Positions 34,608 to 43,944 of a stretch of 64,000 nucleotides of DNA are shown in pieces. The notes under the pieces are model-generated. The model ran no database searches, was not told the origin of the DNA, and worked only from the letters and a program-made list of their open reading frames with translations. The stretch is from the NCBI GenBank assembly GCA_043756645.1, contig JAYUQS010000131.1, positions 7,158 through 71,157 of the forward strand. The letters are read 5' to 3'. The position numbers and the translations under genes are program-made. Numbering within the stretch: position 1 is the stretch's first letter; each line of letters opens with the position of its first letter. This DNA is from Hyphomicrobiales bacterium (GTDB lineage Bacteria; Pseudomonadota; Alphaproteobacteria; Rhizobiales; Aestuariivirgaceae).

Positions 34608-35882
34608 ATGGCTAACCCTCGTGGCACATTCGCACCTGAATTACTGCCCGAAGGCTGGTTTGACGAAACATTAAAACCAGAAGGTTGGTTCAGCCAAGAC
34701 TTTTTAGAGCCCGCATCAGGCGGCCCTGCTGAAGTTACCGGCACATTAAGTGTTTCGCTTGGTGCTCTGGTGGTTGCGGCGTCCGGGGTGCGCGGTGTTG
34801 CTGGTGTTGTGGCTGCCAGTTTGGCGGCGCTGCAATCCACTGCGTCCGGAAGCCATGGTGTGGCGGGCACTGAAGATGCAACGCTGGCACCACTTGTTGC
34901 AGCGTTCTCTGGTGTGCGCGGCACGGCTGGCACCATCACTGCAACGCTGGCACCGATGCTGGCCAGTTTTGCTGGCGCACAACTGCATTCAGGATCAGTG
35001 AATGGCGTCATCGCCGCACTGCAAGCCAGCTTGGCGGGTGTGCGCGGTGTGACGGGAAGCGTGAGCGCATCGCTTGCGGCGCTGCAATCCGCTGAATCGG
35101 GTAGCCATGGTGTGGCGGGATCGGAATCATCCACGCTTGCGGCTTTGGCTGCGGTGATGACTGGCAGCCATGGTGTTGCGGGTTCGGCTGCCGCTGCTCT
35201 GGCACCGCTTGCCGCCAGCCTTGATGGTGAATTTGAAGACGCCACTGTGACAGGCGGTATCGCCGGAACGATATCGGCCTTGCAGGTGAGTGTTGCGGGC
35301 GTGTTGGGCGTGGCGGGCTCGGTCTCGGCCAGCCTGGGCGCTTTGCAATCCGGCGTTTCCGGTGGGCAGGGCGTTGTTGGTTTTGAAACGGCAACGCTTG
35401 CCGCACTGATGGTTTCGCTCAGCGGTGACCATGGTATTGCCGGTGATCTGGTGGCCACATTGTCGGCACTGGTGGCTGATGTTGCGGCTGACCACGGTGT
35501 TGCTGGTGATGACGCGGCGGTGCTGCCGTCGCTGGTTTCAAATCTCTACGGCGTTGTTGGGGTTGCAGGGGTTATTGGTGCAACGCTTGCCCCGCTGGCC
35601 GTCAATCTGCAGGGCGCTGAAATTCCGGCACCAGTTGAAGTGGTCACAGGTTCGCGCCGCCGCCGTGGGCAATGGAGCGTTCAAGGTTTGAACACGGTTG
35701 CCGTCAAGGCGTTGCCGGTGACGGGTGAGGTTGCTGCAACGCTGCCCAGTTTGGTGGCGTCGGTAACGCTCGATCATGATCCGCTCGATGTGGTGGAGCT
35801 GGTGGTGATGCTGGATGCCGCGCAGCGCCGCCGCAAGATTCCGGTGTTTGCCGGATATGAATACCCCGCGAAAGCGGCCTGA
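34608..35882 (+). CDS. Ala/Gly-rich repeat protein (424 aa), putative head fibre
   Basis: ~21-aa tandem repeats LAALxxxxxGSHGVAG. Confidence 0.65.
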   Translation: MANPRGTFAPELLPEGWFDETLKPEGWFSQDFLEPASGGPAEVTGTLSVSLGALVVAASGVRGVAGVVAASLAALQSTASGSHGVAGTEDATLAPLVAAFSGVRGTAGTITATLAPMLASFAGAQLHSGSVNGVIAALQASLAGVRGVTGSVSASLAALQSAESGSHGVAGSESSTLAALAAVMTGSHGVAGSAAAALAPLAASLDGEFEDATVTGGIAGTISALQVSVAGVLGVAGSVSASLGALQSGVSGGQGVVGFETATLAALMVSLSGDHGIAGDLVATLSALVADVAADHGVAGDDAAVLPSLVSNLYGVVGVAGVIGATLAPLAVNLQGAEIPAPVEVVTGSRRRRGQWSVQGLNTVAVKALPVTGEVAATLPSLVASVTLDHDPLDVVELVVMLDAAQRRRKIPVFAGYEYPAKAA

Positions 35883-35914
35883 TTTTTTCTGACATTTTGA
35901 AGGAGACGACCGAC

Positions 35915-37906
35915 ATGACGAAACATCATGCAGCGGCCACTTTTGCAGGCCTGCCTTTGGCGGCCCGCAAGGCGACCATTCAGCCCATTGAAGGTGCCAC
36001 TGAAGAGTCCCGCGAATTTGACGTGGTGCTGTCTGCCGGTGCCACGGTGCGGCGCTATCGCTGGGAAGGCTGGGACACCCGCGTTGCTTATGACGAAACC
36101 CTGCTGGTGACCGAAGCTTCTGTCAACATGACGCGCGTTGATGAAGGTGCTGTGCCGTTGCTCGACAGCCACTCCACCTGGGGCGGGATTACATCATCGC
36201 TCGGCAAGGTGCTGCGCACTTGGATTGAAGACGGCAAGCTGTGGGGCCGCGTCAAACTGCACGACGCAGGTGTGTCGGAAGCTGCCGATGCGCTTGTCGG
36301 TATGATCCGTGGCGGCACGGCTCCAGCCCTTTCCGTGGGCTACACCTCGGATGAAATTGAAGTTGTCACGTCTGATCGTGCCGGGGAGATCGAACAGGTC
36401 ACCGTGCGGCGTTGGACGCTTTATGAATTGTCTGCGGTTGATATTCCCGCCGACATGCAAGCCGGGTTCCGTTCAAACGAAACACGGGTTTTTCCAGTGA
36501 TTATCAACCGGGCCACACCGCCCATTTCCAAGGAGAGTGCAATGAAAGACATTGCCAACAATAACCCGGCTGGTGATCCCCCAGTCGTGCAACAGCGTGG
36601 CAATGAACCGCCCGCAGAACACGCGTGGAAGCGTTCGGAAATCACCTCGATTTCTGAATGTGCCAAGCTGTTCAACCTCGACGCCCGTGCGGCGGATGAG
36701 GTGATGGCCGATGCTTCGATCACCACGCTCACTGCAGCGCGTGATGCGTTGCAGGCCCGTGCTGCGAAGATTGCCGATGCTGCACCAAAGCAGCAGAGCA
36801 AGGTGCAGATCACACGCGATGAAGGTGACACGCGCCGTGAGGCTGTGCAGAATGCGATCATGAACCGCGCAACGTCCAACCGTATCCCGTTGACTGAGGC
36901 GGCCCGTGAATATCGCGGCATGAAGATGATCGATCTTGGCCGCAGCTACATCGAAGACACACAAGGTGTTCGCCTGCGGAACCTCTCGCAGATGGAAATG
37001 GCCTCCGTGCTTTTGGGGCTTGATACTCGCGCGGGGATGCATTCCACCAGTGACTTCCCGTTGCTGTTGGCCAATGTCATTTCAAAATCCCTCCGCGACT
37101 ACTACAGGAGTTCAGATCAATACTGGCGTCTGTTCTCCGCCCAGTCGAACTTTGCCGACTACAAGGAAAAATGGAGTGTTGGACTTTCTGGAATTCCTGA
37201 ACTTTTGGAAGTGAAGGAAGGTGCCGAATACAAGTATGCAACCTTCGGTGAAAACCGTGAAAAATGGGGCATGCTCAAGTATGGCCGCATTGTTGCGTTT
37301 ACACGTGAATCCCTCATCAATGACGACCTCGGTGTGTTTGACAACATTCCACGCAAGTTTGGCCGCGCCGCGGCTGAACGCGAGAACGAGCTTGTTTGGG
37401 CCATCCTCACGGGGTCCCATGTGATGGGTGATGGTGTGGAATTGTTCCATGCCGACCATGACAACCTTGCTGTTGCTGCCGCCGATGTGACGGAAGCTGC
37501 CGTGGCGGCTGCTGAAGCTGCGATGGGCGAACAGCTCGACGCTGCCGGCAAACCGATGAACTTGAAGGCGAAATATCTTGTCGTAAGCCCGAACCGTTCG
37601 CTTGCAGCCAAAAAACTGCTGTCCAACGTCACAGCGGGCAAGTCGGGTGATGTCAACATCTACACCAACGCCTTCAATCTTATCGTTGATCAAAGCGTGC
37701 GTGCGGCGGGTGGCAATCCATGGTTCCTGGTGGCTGACCCTGCCGTGTGGGATACCATCGAGTTTGGTTATCTTGACGGCGAAGAGGGCTTGCAAACCGA
37801 ACAGCGCGTGGGCTTTGAAGTTGACGGGCTTGAGGTCAAGGGCCGTCTCGACTTCGGCTGCAAGGCCATCGATTACCGCGGCTTCTACAAGAACGCAGGC
37901 AACTAA
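35915..37906 (+). CDS. Prohead protease-major capsid protein fusion
   Basis: PLLDSH...LSVGY...LYELSAVDIPAD protease domain, then HSTSDFPLLL...YGRIVAFTRESLINDDLG HK97-fold capsid. Confidence 0.93.
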   Translation: MTKHHAAATFAGLPLAARKATIQPIEGATEESREFDVVLSAGATVRRYRWEGWDTRVAYDETLLVTEASVNMTRVDEGAVPLLDSHSTWGGITSSLGKVLRTWIEDGKLWGRVKLHDAGVSEAADALVGMIRGGTAPALSVGYTSDEIEVVTSDRAGEIEQVTVRRWTLYELSAVDIPADMQAGFRSNETRVFPVIINRATPPISKESAMKDIANNNPAGDPPVVQQRGNEPPAEHAWKRSEITSISECAKLFNLDARAADEVMADASITTLTAARDALQARAAKIADAAPKQQSKVQITRDEGDTRREAVQNAIMNRATSNRIPLTEAAREYRGMKMIDLGRSYIEDTQGVRLRNLSQMEMASVLLGLDTRAGMHSTSDFPLLLANVISKSLRDYYRSSDQYWRLFSAQSNFADYKEKWSVGLSGIPELLEVKEGAEYKYATFGENREKWGMLKYGRIVAFTRESLINDDLGVFDNIPRKFGRAAAERENELVWAILTGSHVMGDGVELFHADHDNLAVAAADVTEAAVAAAEAAMGEQLDAAGKPMNLKAKYLVVSPNRSLAAKKLLSNVTAGKSGDVNIYTNAFNLIVDQSVRAAGGNPWFLVADPAVWDTIEFGYLDGEEGLQTEQRVGFEVDGLEVKGRLDFGCKAIDYRGFYKNAGN

Positions 37907-37981
37907 TATCTGGCGCGGCGGCGGGATCACCTGCCGCCGTTTCCGTTCCCCATTCCGTTTTCAATTTGAAGGATTCTAATC

Positions 37982-38305
37982 ATGAGAAATTTTGTGCAAG
38001 AGGGCGATATTCTGTCGCTCGTCAATGGCACGGGTGTGGCCATCGTCTCCGGCGAGGCTATGCTCTCAGGTGCCTTGTTCGGCGTGGCCCAAACCGGTGT
38101 TGCCATCGGTGCCGTGGGCGCGTTCAAAACTACAGGCGTATTCACCCTGCCGAAAGCGGCGCTTGCGATCACGCAAGGTGCAGCTTTGTACTGGGATGAT
38201 GCCGCCAATAATCTGACCACCGCGTCTGCCGGCAATACGCTGGTGGCCAAGGCTGCGGTTGCGGCTTTGCTCGGCGACACCATTGTGGCGGCCCGTCTCG
38301 GTTAA
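37982..38305 (+). CDS. DUF2190 family capsid cement protein
   Basis: MRNFVQEGD...GALFGVA...GVFTLPKA...G..LYWD. Confidence 0.88.
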   Translation: MRNFVQEGDILSLVNGTGVAIVSGEAMLSGALFGVAQTGVAIGAVGAFKTTGVFTLPKAALAITQGAALYWDDAANNLTTASAGNTLVAKAAVAALLGDTIVAARLG

Positions 38306-38371
38306 TCCAACACCTCACCAAACTCGCACCCCTGCGGATCCTCGCGGGGGTGTTTTTCTGAAAGTGCTGCC

Positions 38372-38713
38372 ATGGCGATCGATTGGGACGGGCTGTTGTA
38401 TGGTCCGGTGTTTGATGTGTTGGCCGTGGATGCTGTTCTGACGATTTCCGCTGTTGCCCGTGTGGTGCGTGTGATTGATGCCACCCACGGCATTGTGATT
38501 GAGCAGAGTGGTTTTGCCCTGGGCGAAATCAAGCCCGTGGCTTTTATTGAACAATCAACTCTCACCGAACTGGCTGTGACCGCTGCCGCACTCCACGACC
38601 AAACCCTACTGGTCAATGGCACGCTGTGGCGGATCAAGAACACCTACGCCAAGCCGGTTGAAGGCAAGGCGAGCGGTGACTGGATGCTGGTGCTGATCAA
38701 GGATGCACTCTGA
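38372..38713 (+). CDS. Head-tail adaptor/joining protein
   Basis: Position after DUF2190; small beta-barrel-like ORF. Confidence 0.65.
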   Translation: MAIDWDGLLYGPVFDVLAVDAVLTISAVARVVRVIDATHGIVIEQSGFALGEIKPVAFIEQSTLTELAVTAAALHDQTLLVNGTLWRIKNTYAKPVEGKASGDWMLVLIKDAL

Positions 38714-39144
38714 TGGATCGGCGCGAGAATATTTTACAGCGCATCGTTGTGTTGTGTGTGGCGGCGGGTTTTGACACGCAGCGCATGGATCCTGAAATGC
38801 GCGGCGGGAATCGCCCGTCGGTGTTCATTGATGACGGCATGGAAACGCTGGTCAATGATGGTTCGATCACGCGGCCTGTTGGCCGTCCATCAATCATGAA
38901 ATTGTTTCCGAAACTTTATGTGCTGTGCGCCGGAAACGCTGCACCAGCTTCGCTCATCAACCAGCACCGCGCCACGCTGATCAAGGCGCTGCTCACCGAC
39001 GCGCCCTTGTCCGCCCTGTGCCAGCCCGCAGCAGCACTGCGCTACACGGGCTGCGAACCACAGGTGCGCATGGCGGAAGGCTTTGCCTGTGACGTGATCC
39101 TGAATTTTGAACTGCACTACATTCTGAACCCAACCGAGCTTTAA
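38713..39144 (+). CDS. Tail terminator-like protein
   Basis: MDRRENILQRI...RPSVFIDDG.E pattern; directly before the tail tube gene. Confidence 0.6.
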   Translation: MDRRENILQRIVVLCVAAGFDTQRMDPEMRGGNRPSVFIDDGMETLVNDGSITRPVGRPSIMKLFPKLYVLCAGNAAPASLINQHRATLIKALLTDAPLSALCQPAAALRYTGCEPQVRMAEGFACDVILNFELHYILNPTEL

Positions 39145-39156
39145 GGAGGACCTCCC

Positions 39157-39696
39157 ATGGCCACTGCTCCCAATATTCTCAACTACACCATTCTGCAGGG
39201 CATTGTCAGCTTTGCCGTGGGGGCAACCGAGCCGGTGACATGGCTTGCCAGTCACGATCTCGGCAACGTCATCAAGGCTGAAGTTGCGCTCGATGGCGTC
39301 GAGTCAAAACAACATTTCTCGCGCCGTACCGGCATCCGCTCAGTTGATGTGGAACAAGTCACCAAAAAGGGCGCAACGCTCACCCTTGACCTGGAAGAAT
39401 ACACCGTCGGCAACCTGCGGCTGGCGCTTTCGGGTGACACGCCGGTGGCGGCCACACCTTCCGGCATGAAGTTCAAGCTGATGGGGAACACCGCCGTTGT
39501 GGGCTGGGTCAAGATCGACGGCACCAACACCATTGGTGGCAAGATTTCATTCCTTGGCAAAGTCTCGGTCAAACCTGCTGGCACGCTGAACCTGATCAGC
39601 CAGAACGATGACTATGACAATTTTTCGGTTGCCATGACCATTCTGGCTGATGTCAATGGTGACTACGGCACCGTGACCATCGTCGAGGCGGCATAA
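39157..39696 (+). CDS. Major tail (tube) protein
   Basis: GIVSF...DLGNV...LTLDLEEYTVGNLRLAL pattern; AAGGAGG RBS. Confidence 0.8.
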   Translation: MATAPNILNYTILQGIVSFAVGATEPVTWLASHDLGNVIKAEVALDGVESKQHFSRRTGIRSVDVEQVTKKGATLTLDLEEYTVGNLRLALSGDTPVAATPSGMKFKLMGNTAVVGWVKIDGTNTIGGKISFLGKVSVKPAGTLNLISQNDDYDNFSVAMTILADVNGDYGTVTIVEAA

Positions 39697-40100
39697 TGGG
39701 AACCGTTTCCCTTCTCGATCTCGCGGGGGCTGCGGCCCCTGCGACTGTTTCCGTGCGTGGCTTTGATGTTGCGGTGACAGGCATTCCCGCTGTCGCCATT
39801 GCACGGTTTTTACGTGACGTGCCAGCCTTGGCTGAGGCTTTAAAAACCCGCAGCTTTGAAGGACTTGATCTGGGTTCGCTTCTGGTCACAGCCCCTGAAA
39901 CCGTGGAGATGCTGATTGCTGCGGGCACGGGTCATTATGGCAATCCGGAACATGAGGCTTTTGCCAACACCATGTCGATCACCGAGCAGACTGACATGCT
40001 GGAAGCCATTTTGAAGCAAACCTTCCCGGGTGGCATTGGCCCTTTCGTCGACCGCCTGACGGCGGCGGCAAAAGCCGTCGGCAGCCAGATGGGCGCTTAG
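39696..40100 (+). CDS. Tail assembly chaperone (gpG-like)
   Basis: Between tail tube and tape measure genes; carries a slippery heptamer. Confidence 0.75.
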   Translation: MGTVSLLDLAGAAAPATVSVRGFDVAVTGIPAVAIARFLRDVPALAEALKTRSFEGLDLGSLLVTAPETVEMLIAAGTGHYGNPEHEAFANTMSITEQTDMLEAILKQTFPGGIGPFVDRLTAAAKAVGSQMGA

Positions 40101-40378
40101 CCCACGAGGGTCTGCTTTACGATTTGGGCTCGGCCATCACAGCTTTGGTGATGGCGGGCTTTCCACTGCGAGATGTGTGGGCCATGACGCCCCGGCAGAT
40201 CGCGGCTTACCTGCACTTCACCGACATGCACAACGCCATTGCTGAGGCCACCGCCTTGAACGTGGCGGCCTTAGGTGCACGCGGTGAAGAAAAGCATTTG
40301 AAAAAATTCATGGAAGGCTTGCAACCCGAATGCAATTCAGGGCCACGTATCAAAAGGGTGCGTTTGCCTCAGCCATGA
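40040..40378 (+). CDS. gpT-like -1 frameshift extension of the tail chaperone
   Basis: C CCT TTC (XXXYYYZ) at 40040-40046, in phase; the -1 frame is open from 39995 to 40378. Confidence 0.7.
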   Translation, partial: PFRRPPDGGGKSRRQPDGRLAHEGLLYDLGSAITALVMAGFPLRDVWAMTPRQIAAYLHFTDMHNAIAEATALNVAALGARGEEKHLKKFMEGLQPECNSGPRIKRVRLPQP

Positions 40379-40986
40379 AGCGGAAGCAAATGGTGATGGC
40401 GAAAGCCGCCACCCTTGCCATGGTCGAGGTGACGGAACAGGCGAAAGCCGGGGGCCGTGCTGCGATTGCGGCAGCGGGCGGGCGCTTTGGCCAACGCTGG
40501 TCACGCGCTGTGGCGGCAAAAGTGTTTCCAAAACCGCCACGCGTCTCACTCAAGCCTGCAGGTCTGGTGTGGGTGAAGTCCGACTATTTCGGCGTGTTTG
40601 AAAAGGGTGCCTCGATCAGCGGCAAACCGTTTTTATTCCTGCCGTTAAAAAGCGCACCGTCGACCATTGGGCGTTCCAAAAAACTGACACCGGACGTGTT
40701 CCGCAAGGAAGTGGGGCCGCTGCTGTTTTTGCGGCGTCCCGGTGGCAAGGCCTTGCTGATGGCCAAGCTTGATCCCGGCAAAGCCCGGGGTGACAGGCGT
40801 GGGCGTGATGTGTCGCTGCCCAAATTACGGCGCGGCGCGCGGATGCAAAAGGGCTTCATCTGGGTGCCGATTTTCGTGGGCGTTCCGCGTGTCAAGATTC
40901 CGAAAAAGACCAATGTGCTGGGGGCGATTGCCCGCGCCACCACTGGCTTGCCAGCGGCTTATTTCAAAAACCTGAAAGACCAATAA
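40330..40986 (+). CDS. Basic phage neck/tail-completion-like protein (DUF6441-like)
   Basis: Arg/Lys-rich; FGVFEKGASISGKPFLFLPL motif. Confidence 0.6.
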   Translation: MQFRATYQKGAFASAMKRKQMVMAKAATLAMVEVTEQAKAGGRAAIAAAGGRFGQRWSRAVAAKVFPKPPRVSLKPAGLVWVKSDYFGVFEKGASISGKPFLFLPLKSAPSTIGRSKKLTPDVFRKEVGPLLFLRRPGGKALLMAKLDPGKARGDRRGRDVSLPKLRRGARMQKGFIWVPIFVGVPRVKIPKKTNVLGAIARATTGLPAAYFKNLKDQ

Positions 40987-40987
40987 T

Positions 40988-43516
40988 ATGGCTGAGAAAA
41001 ACACCATCTCCCAACGCATCTCGTTGGAGGGCGCGCAAGAAATCAATGCGCTGCTCGATGCTTTGGGCAAGGCCGGTGAAGCCACGTTCAACCGCATCAA
41101 GGCAGCGGCGGAAAAGGTGAACCCTGCCATCACGGGCAAGCTTGAGGCCAGCATCAAAACCTTCCGCACCAACATGGAGGCTTTGAACGTGGCGGGTGCG
41201 CGGGTGGGCTTGGCGGTGGTCAATCTGCAAAACCGCTTTGCCGCTTTCGGTGCATCGCTTGGCACCGTGGCCACACGTCTGGGGCTGGTGACGATTGCAG
41301 CACTGGGTACGATCACGGCATTTCTGAAGTTGGGCAGGTCAGCGATTGCGGCGGTGGATGAGGCTGACACGCTGGCGCAATCACTGGGCCTGACGATTGA
41401 ACAATATTCAGGACTGGCGGGTGCTGCGGCGCAAAACAATGTGGCGGCGGATACGCTGTTTACAGGTTTGACCCAGCTTAACAACAAGATTGCTGACACC
41501 GCTGATGCGTCGAAAGGTGCATCTGGTGAAATGTCGCGTTTCGGCGACCAGACCATCAAGGTGCATCGCGGCGTTGACGCGCTTGCCAAGGCCGCAAAAG
41601 ACAATGACAACGCGCTAAACAAGCTGGGCATCAGCACCCGCACCGCCAAAGGCGAATTGCGCAGCGCCAATGATGTGATCCTCGATATCGCCGATGTGTT
41701 TTCCAAAATGCCGGACGGTGCCAAGAAATCGGCGCTCGCGGTCGAATTGTTTGGACGCTCCGGTGCCCGCATGATTCCGTTCTTGAATGAAGGTGCTGCT
41801 GGCATTCGGCGCATCACTGCTGATGCTGCGGCCATGGGCACAGTGTTCACGGAGCAAGACAAAAAAGTGGCGCGACTGGCCGATCAAGGGCTTGACCGTT
41901 TGGGAGAAGCCATTCGCGGTGCCCGCATTCAATTGGGCCTGCTGTTTGCGCCCGCGATTGCAGGTGGTGCGAATTTTCTGGCGAATTTGATCCGCGACAA
42001 TCTCGAACTGATCAAGGAATTTGGCCGCGTGGTGGTGCAATCCGGATCGATTTTATTGGCTGATTTTATTGCGCTGTTGTTGGGCGCGGATGAGCGTGTC
42101 GAGAACACCTGGCTGATTGGCGTCCGTGATGGCGTGGTGGCATTTGCCAATACGGTGCGTGAGGTGGTGTTCGGCGTCATCATTCCGGCCTGGCAATTGA
42201 TCCGCTCTGGCGCTGAAGAGGTGGCCGTGGTGATTAACCGCGTGTTTGGTACGGAATTAACGGGGCAACAGGTATTGGTGGGGGCGGCCGTCCTCAAACT
42301 GTCTGGCGCGTTTGGCGTGTTGTCGGCCTCCATTGGTGTAATGGCTGGCGTGGTGAACTTGCTGCTGGTGGCGTGGCGACCGCTGGCTGCCCTTGTGCCA
42401 TTTCTAACCAGCGGTTTTGCGGTGCTTGGCCGGGCCATCGCTATTGTCTTCACCGGATTGGCTGCGGTACTCGGTTTGCCTGTGACTGTGGTTGCCGCCA
42501 TTGTTGCAGCTGTCGCTGCTGCGGCTGTGGCCACTTATATTTACTGGGATGAAATCAAGGCCGCTGCTGACGTGGCATGGGAGGGGATTAAATCCGGTGC
42601 CCGGTCAGCCTTGCAATTTGTCAGGGATCAATTCCGTGATCCTGAAAGTTTTACCAACCAGTGGATTACGCCACAGCTTGAGGCTTACGGCACGTTCTGG
42701 AGCAATGTGGCCCTGCTCGCCCAGGTTGGCGTTGAGCAGGTAAAGCTTGCCATTCAAGGCATTGCGACTGGCGCGGCCAGCTTGTGGGTGACGGTGCAGG
42801 AACAGGCGGCTGTGGCGTGGACGGCGATTTCCACATTCATCGTCGACACCATCATCGCCATCGGCCCGCAAATCAGTGCGGCGGCCACCACTGTGGCGGC
42901 GGTTTGGTCTTCGGCCATTGATACAATTTCAGGGCTGGGCGGTGTGTTGCAAGGCGCATGGGATTCCGCGCTCTCAGCCATGAGTTCGGCCTTCTCAAGT
43001 TTTGCCGCCTCGATCCGCAGCACAATTGACAGTTTGCGCAGTGCGATTTCAAGTCTGGTGTCGGCGGCCAACTCGGCATTCCAAAAGGCAAGAGACGCCA
43101 CGGGTTTTGCTGGTGGTGGCCCGGTGTATGGGGCTGGCACTGCCACGTCTGACTCCATTCCGGCGTGGCTGTCCAACGGGGAATTCGTCATTCGCGCCGC
43201 TGCCGTGGGCAAGGTGGGCCGTGCCTTCCTACACATGATCAACAGCGGGCGCTTCTCGATTGAAGATATTTTGCGGCGCTTGCAGGGTGGCAAGTTTGCC
43301 ATCGGTGGTGTTGTGGGGGCCATGCCGTCGTTCAACATGCCGCGCCTTGCCATGGGCGGTGAAGTGCGTGCCGTTACCTCATCGGGGCAGGTGGTGAATT
43401 TACATCTCGACGGCAACTCATTCCCGCTCACGGGTGCAGCCGATGTGGTGGCAACCCTCGCCGCGCATATGCGGCAACGTGCCTCACGCGCTATTGGCAA
43501 GAAGAGTTTTTCATGA
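40988..43516 (+). CDS. Tape measure protein
   Basis: 842 aa, Ala-rich and helical with hydrophobic central segments; C-terminal GTATSDSIPAWLSNGEFVIRAAAV. Confidence 0.93.
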   Translation: MAEKNTISQRISLEGAQEINALLDALGKAGEATFNRIKAAAEKVNPAITGKLEASIKTFRTNMEALNVAGARVGLAVVNLQNRFAAFGASLGTVATRLGLVTIAALGTITAFLKLGRSAIAAVDEADTLAQSLGLTIEQYSGLAGAAAQNNVAADTLFTGLTQLNNKIADTADASKGASGEMSRFGDQTIKVHRGVDALAKAAKDNDNALNKLGISTRTAKGELRSANDVILDIADVFSKMPDGAKKSALAVELFGRSGARMIPFLNEGAAGIRRITADAAAMGTVFTEQDKKVARLADQGLDRLGEAIRGARIQLGLLFAPAIAGGANFLANLIRDNLELIKEFGRVVVQSGSILLADFIALLLGADERVENTWLIGVRDGVVAFANTVREVVFGVIIPAWQLIRSGAEEVAVVINRVFGTELTGQQVLVGAAVLKLSGAFGVLSASIGVMAGVVNLLLVAWRPLAALVPFLTSGFAVLGRAIAIVFTGLAAVLGLPVTVVAAIVAAVAAAAVATYIYWDEIKAAADVAWEGIKSGARSALQFVRDQFRDPESFTNQWITPQLEAYGTFWSNVALLAQVGVEQVKLAIQGIATGAASLWVTVQEQAAVAWTAISTFIVDTIIAIGPQISAAATTVAAVWSSAIDTISGLGGVLQGAWDSALSAMSSAFSSFAASIRSTIDSLRSAISSLVSAANSAFQKARDATGFAGGGPVYGAGTATSDSIPAWLSNGEFVIRAAAVGKVGRAFLHMINSGRFSIEDILRRLQGGKFAIGGVVGAMPSFNMPRLAMGGEVRAVTSSGQVVNLHLDGNSFPLTGAADVVATLAAHMRQRASRAIGKKSFS

Positions 43517-43944
43517 CCATTCCAACAGCGCTTTCCATCACTGGAATTGACATGGTCGCCTGGGCGGCGCGTGGCATTTCGGAATCGCTTTCCCTCATCG
43601 ATGAGGCTGCACAATTGCGCCGCACCATCAACGGCATACTGGTGGATTTATCGCAATCGGGCTTTCGCAAATTCAGGGCCTCATGGTCGTGCGATGATCT
43701 GGCGGCTCCGGCCTTTGATGGCATTTGGCCCGGTGCTGCGATCACCGTCGATTGCATTGGTGAATCCAGTTACGTGACCATCGGTGGCACACCCGCCCGC
43801 CCAGTGGTGCCGGGGTCGTCGCGGGTTGAAGAACTGTTCACGTTTTACCGCATGCGGCTTGCCATGCGTGTGGTTGCTTATGACCTGCGTGAAGATGAGT
43901 GGAACGCCATCACCGGCTGGTCGCTGGAGGCAGAAGAAATCTGA
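43513..43944 (+). CDS. Distal tail-like protein
   Basis: Follows the tape measure gene with an ATGA overlap. Confidence 0.65.
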   Translation: MTIPTALSITGIDMVAWAARGISESLSLIDEAAQLRRTINGILVDLSQSGFRKFRASWSCDDLAAPAFDGIWPGAAITVDCIGESSYVTIGGTPARPVVPGSSRVEELFTFYRMRLAMRVVAYDLREDEWNAITGWSLEAEEI

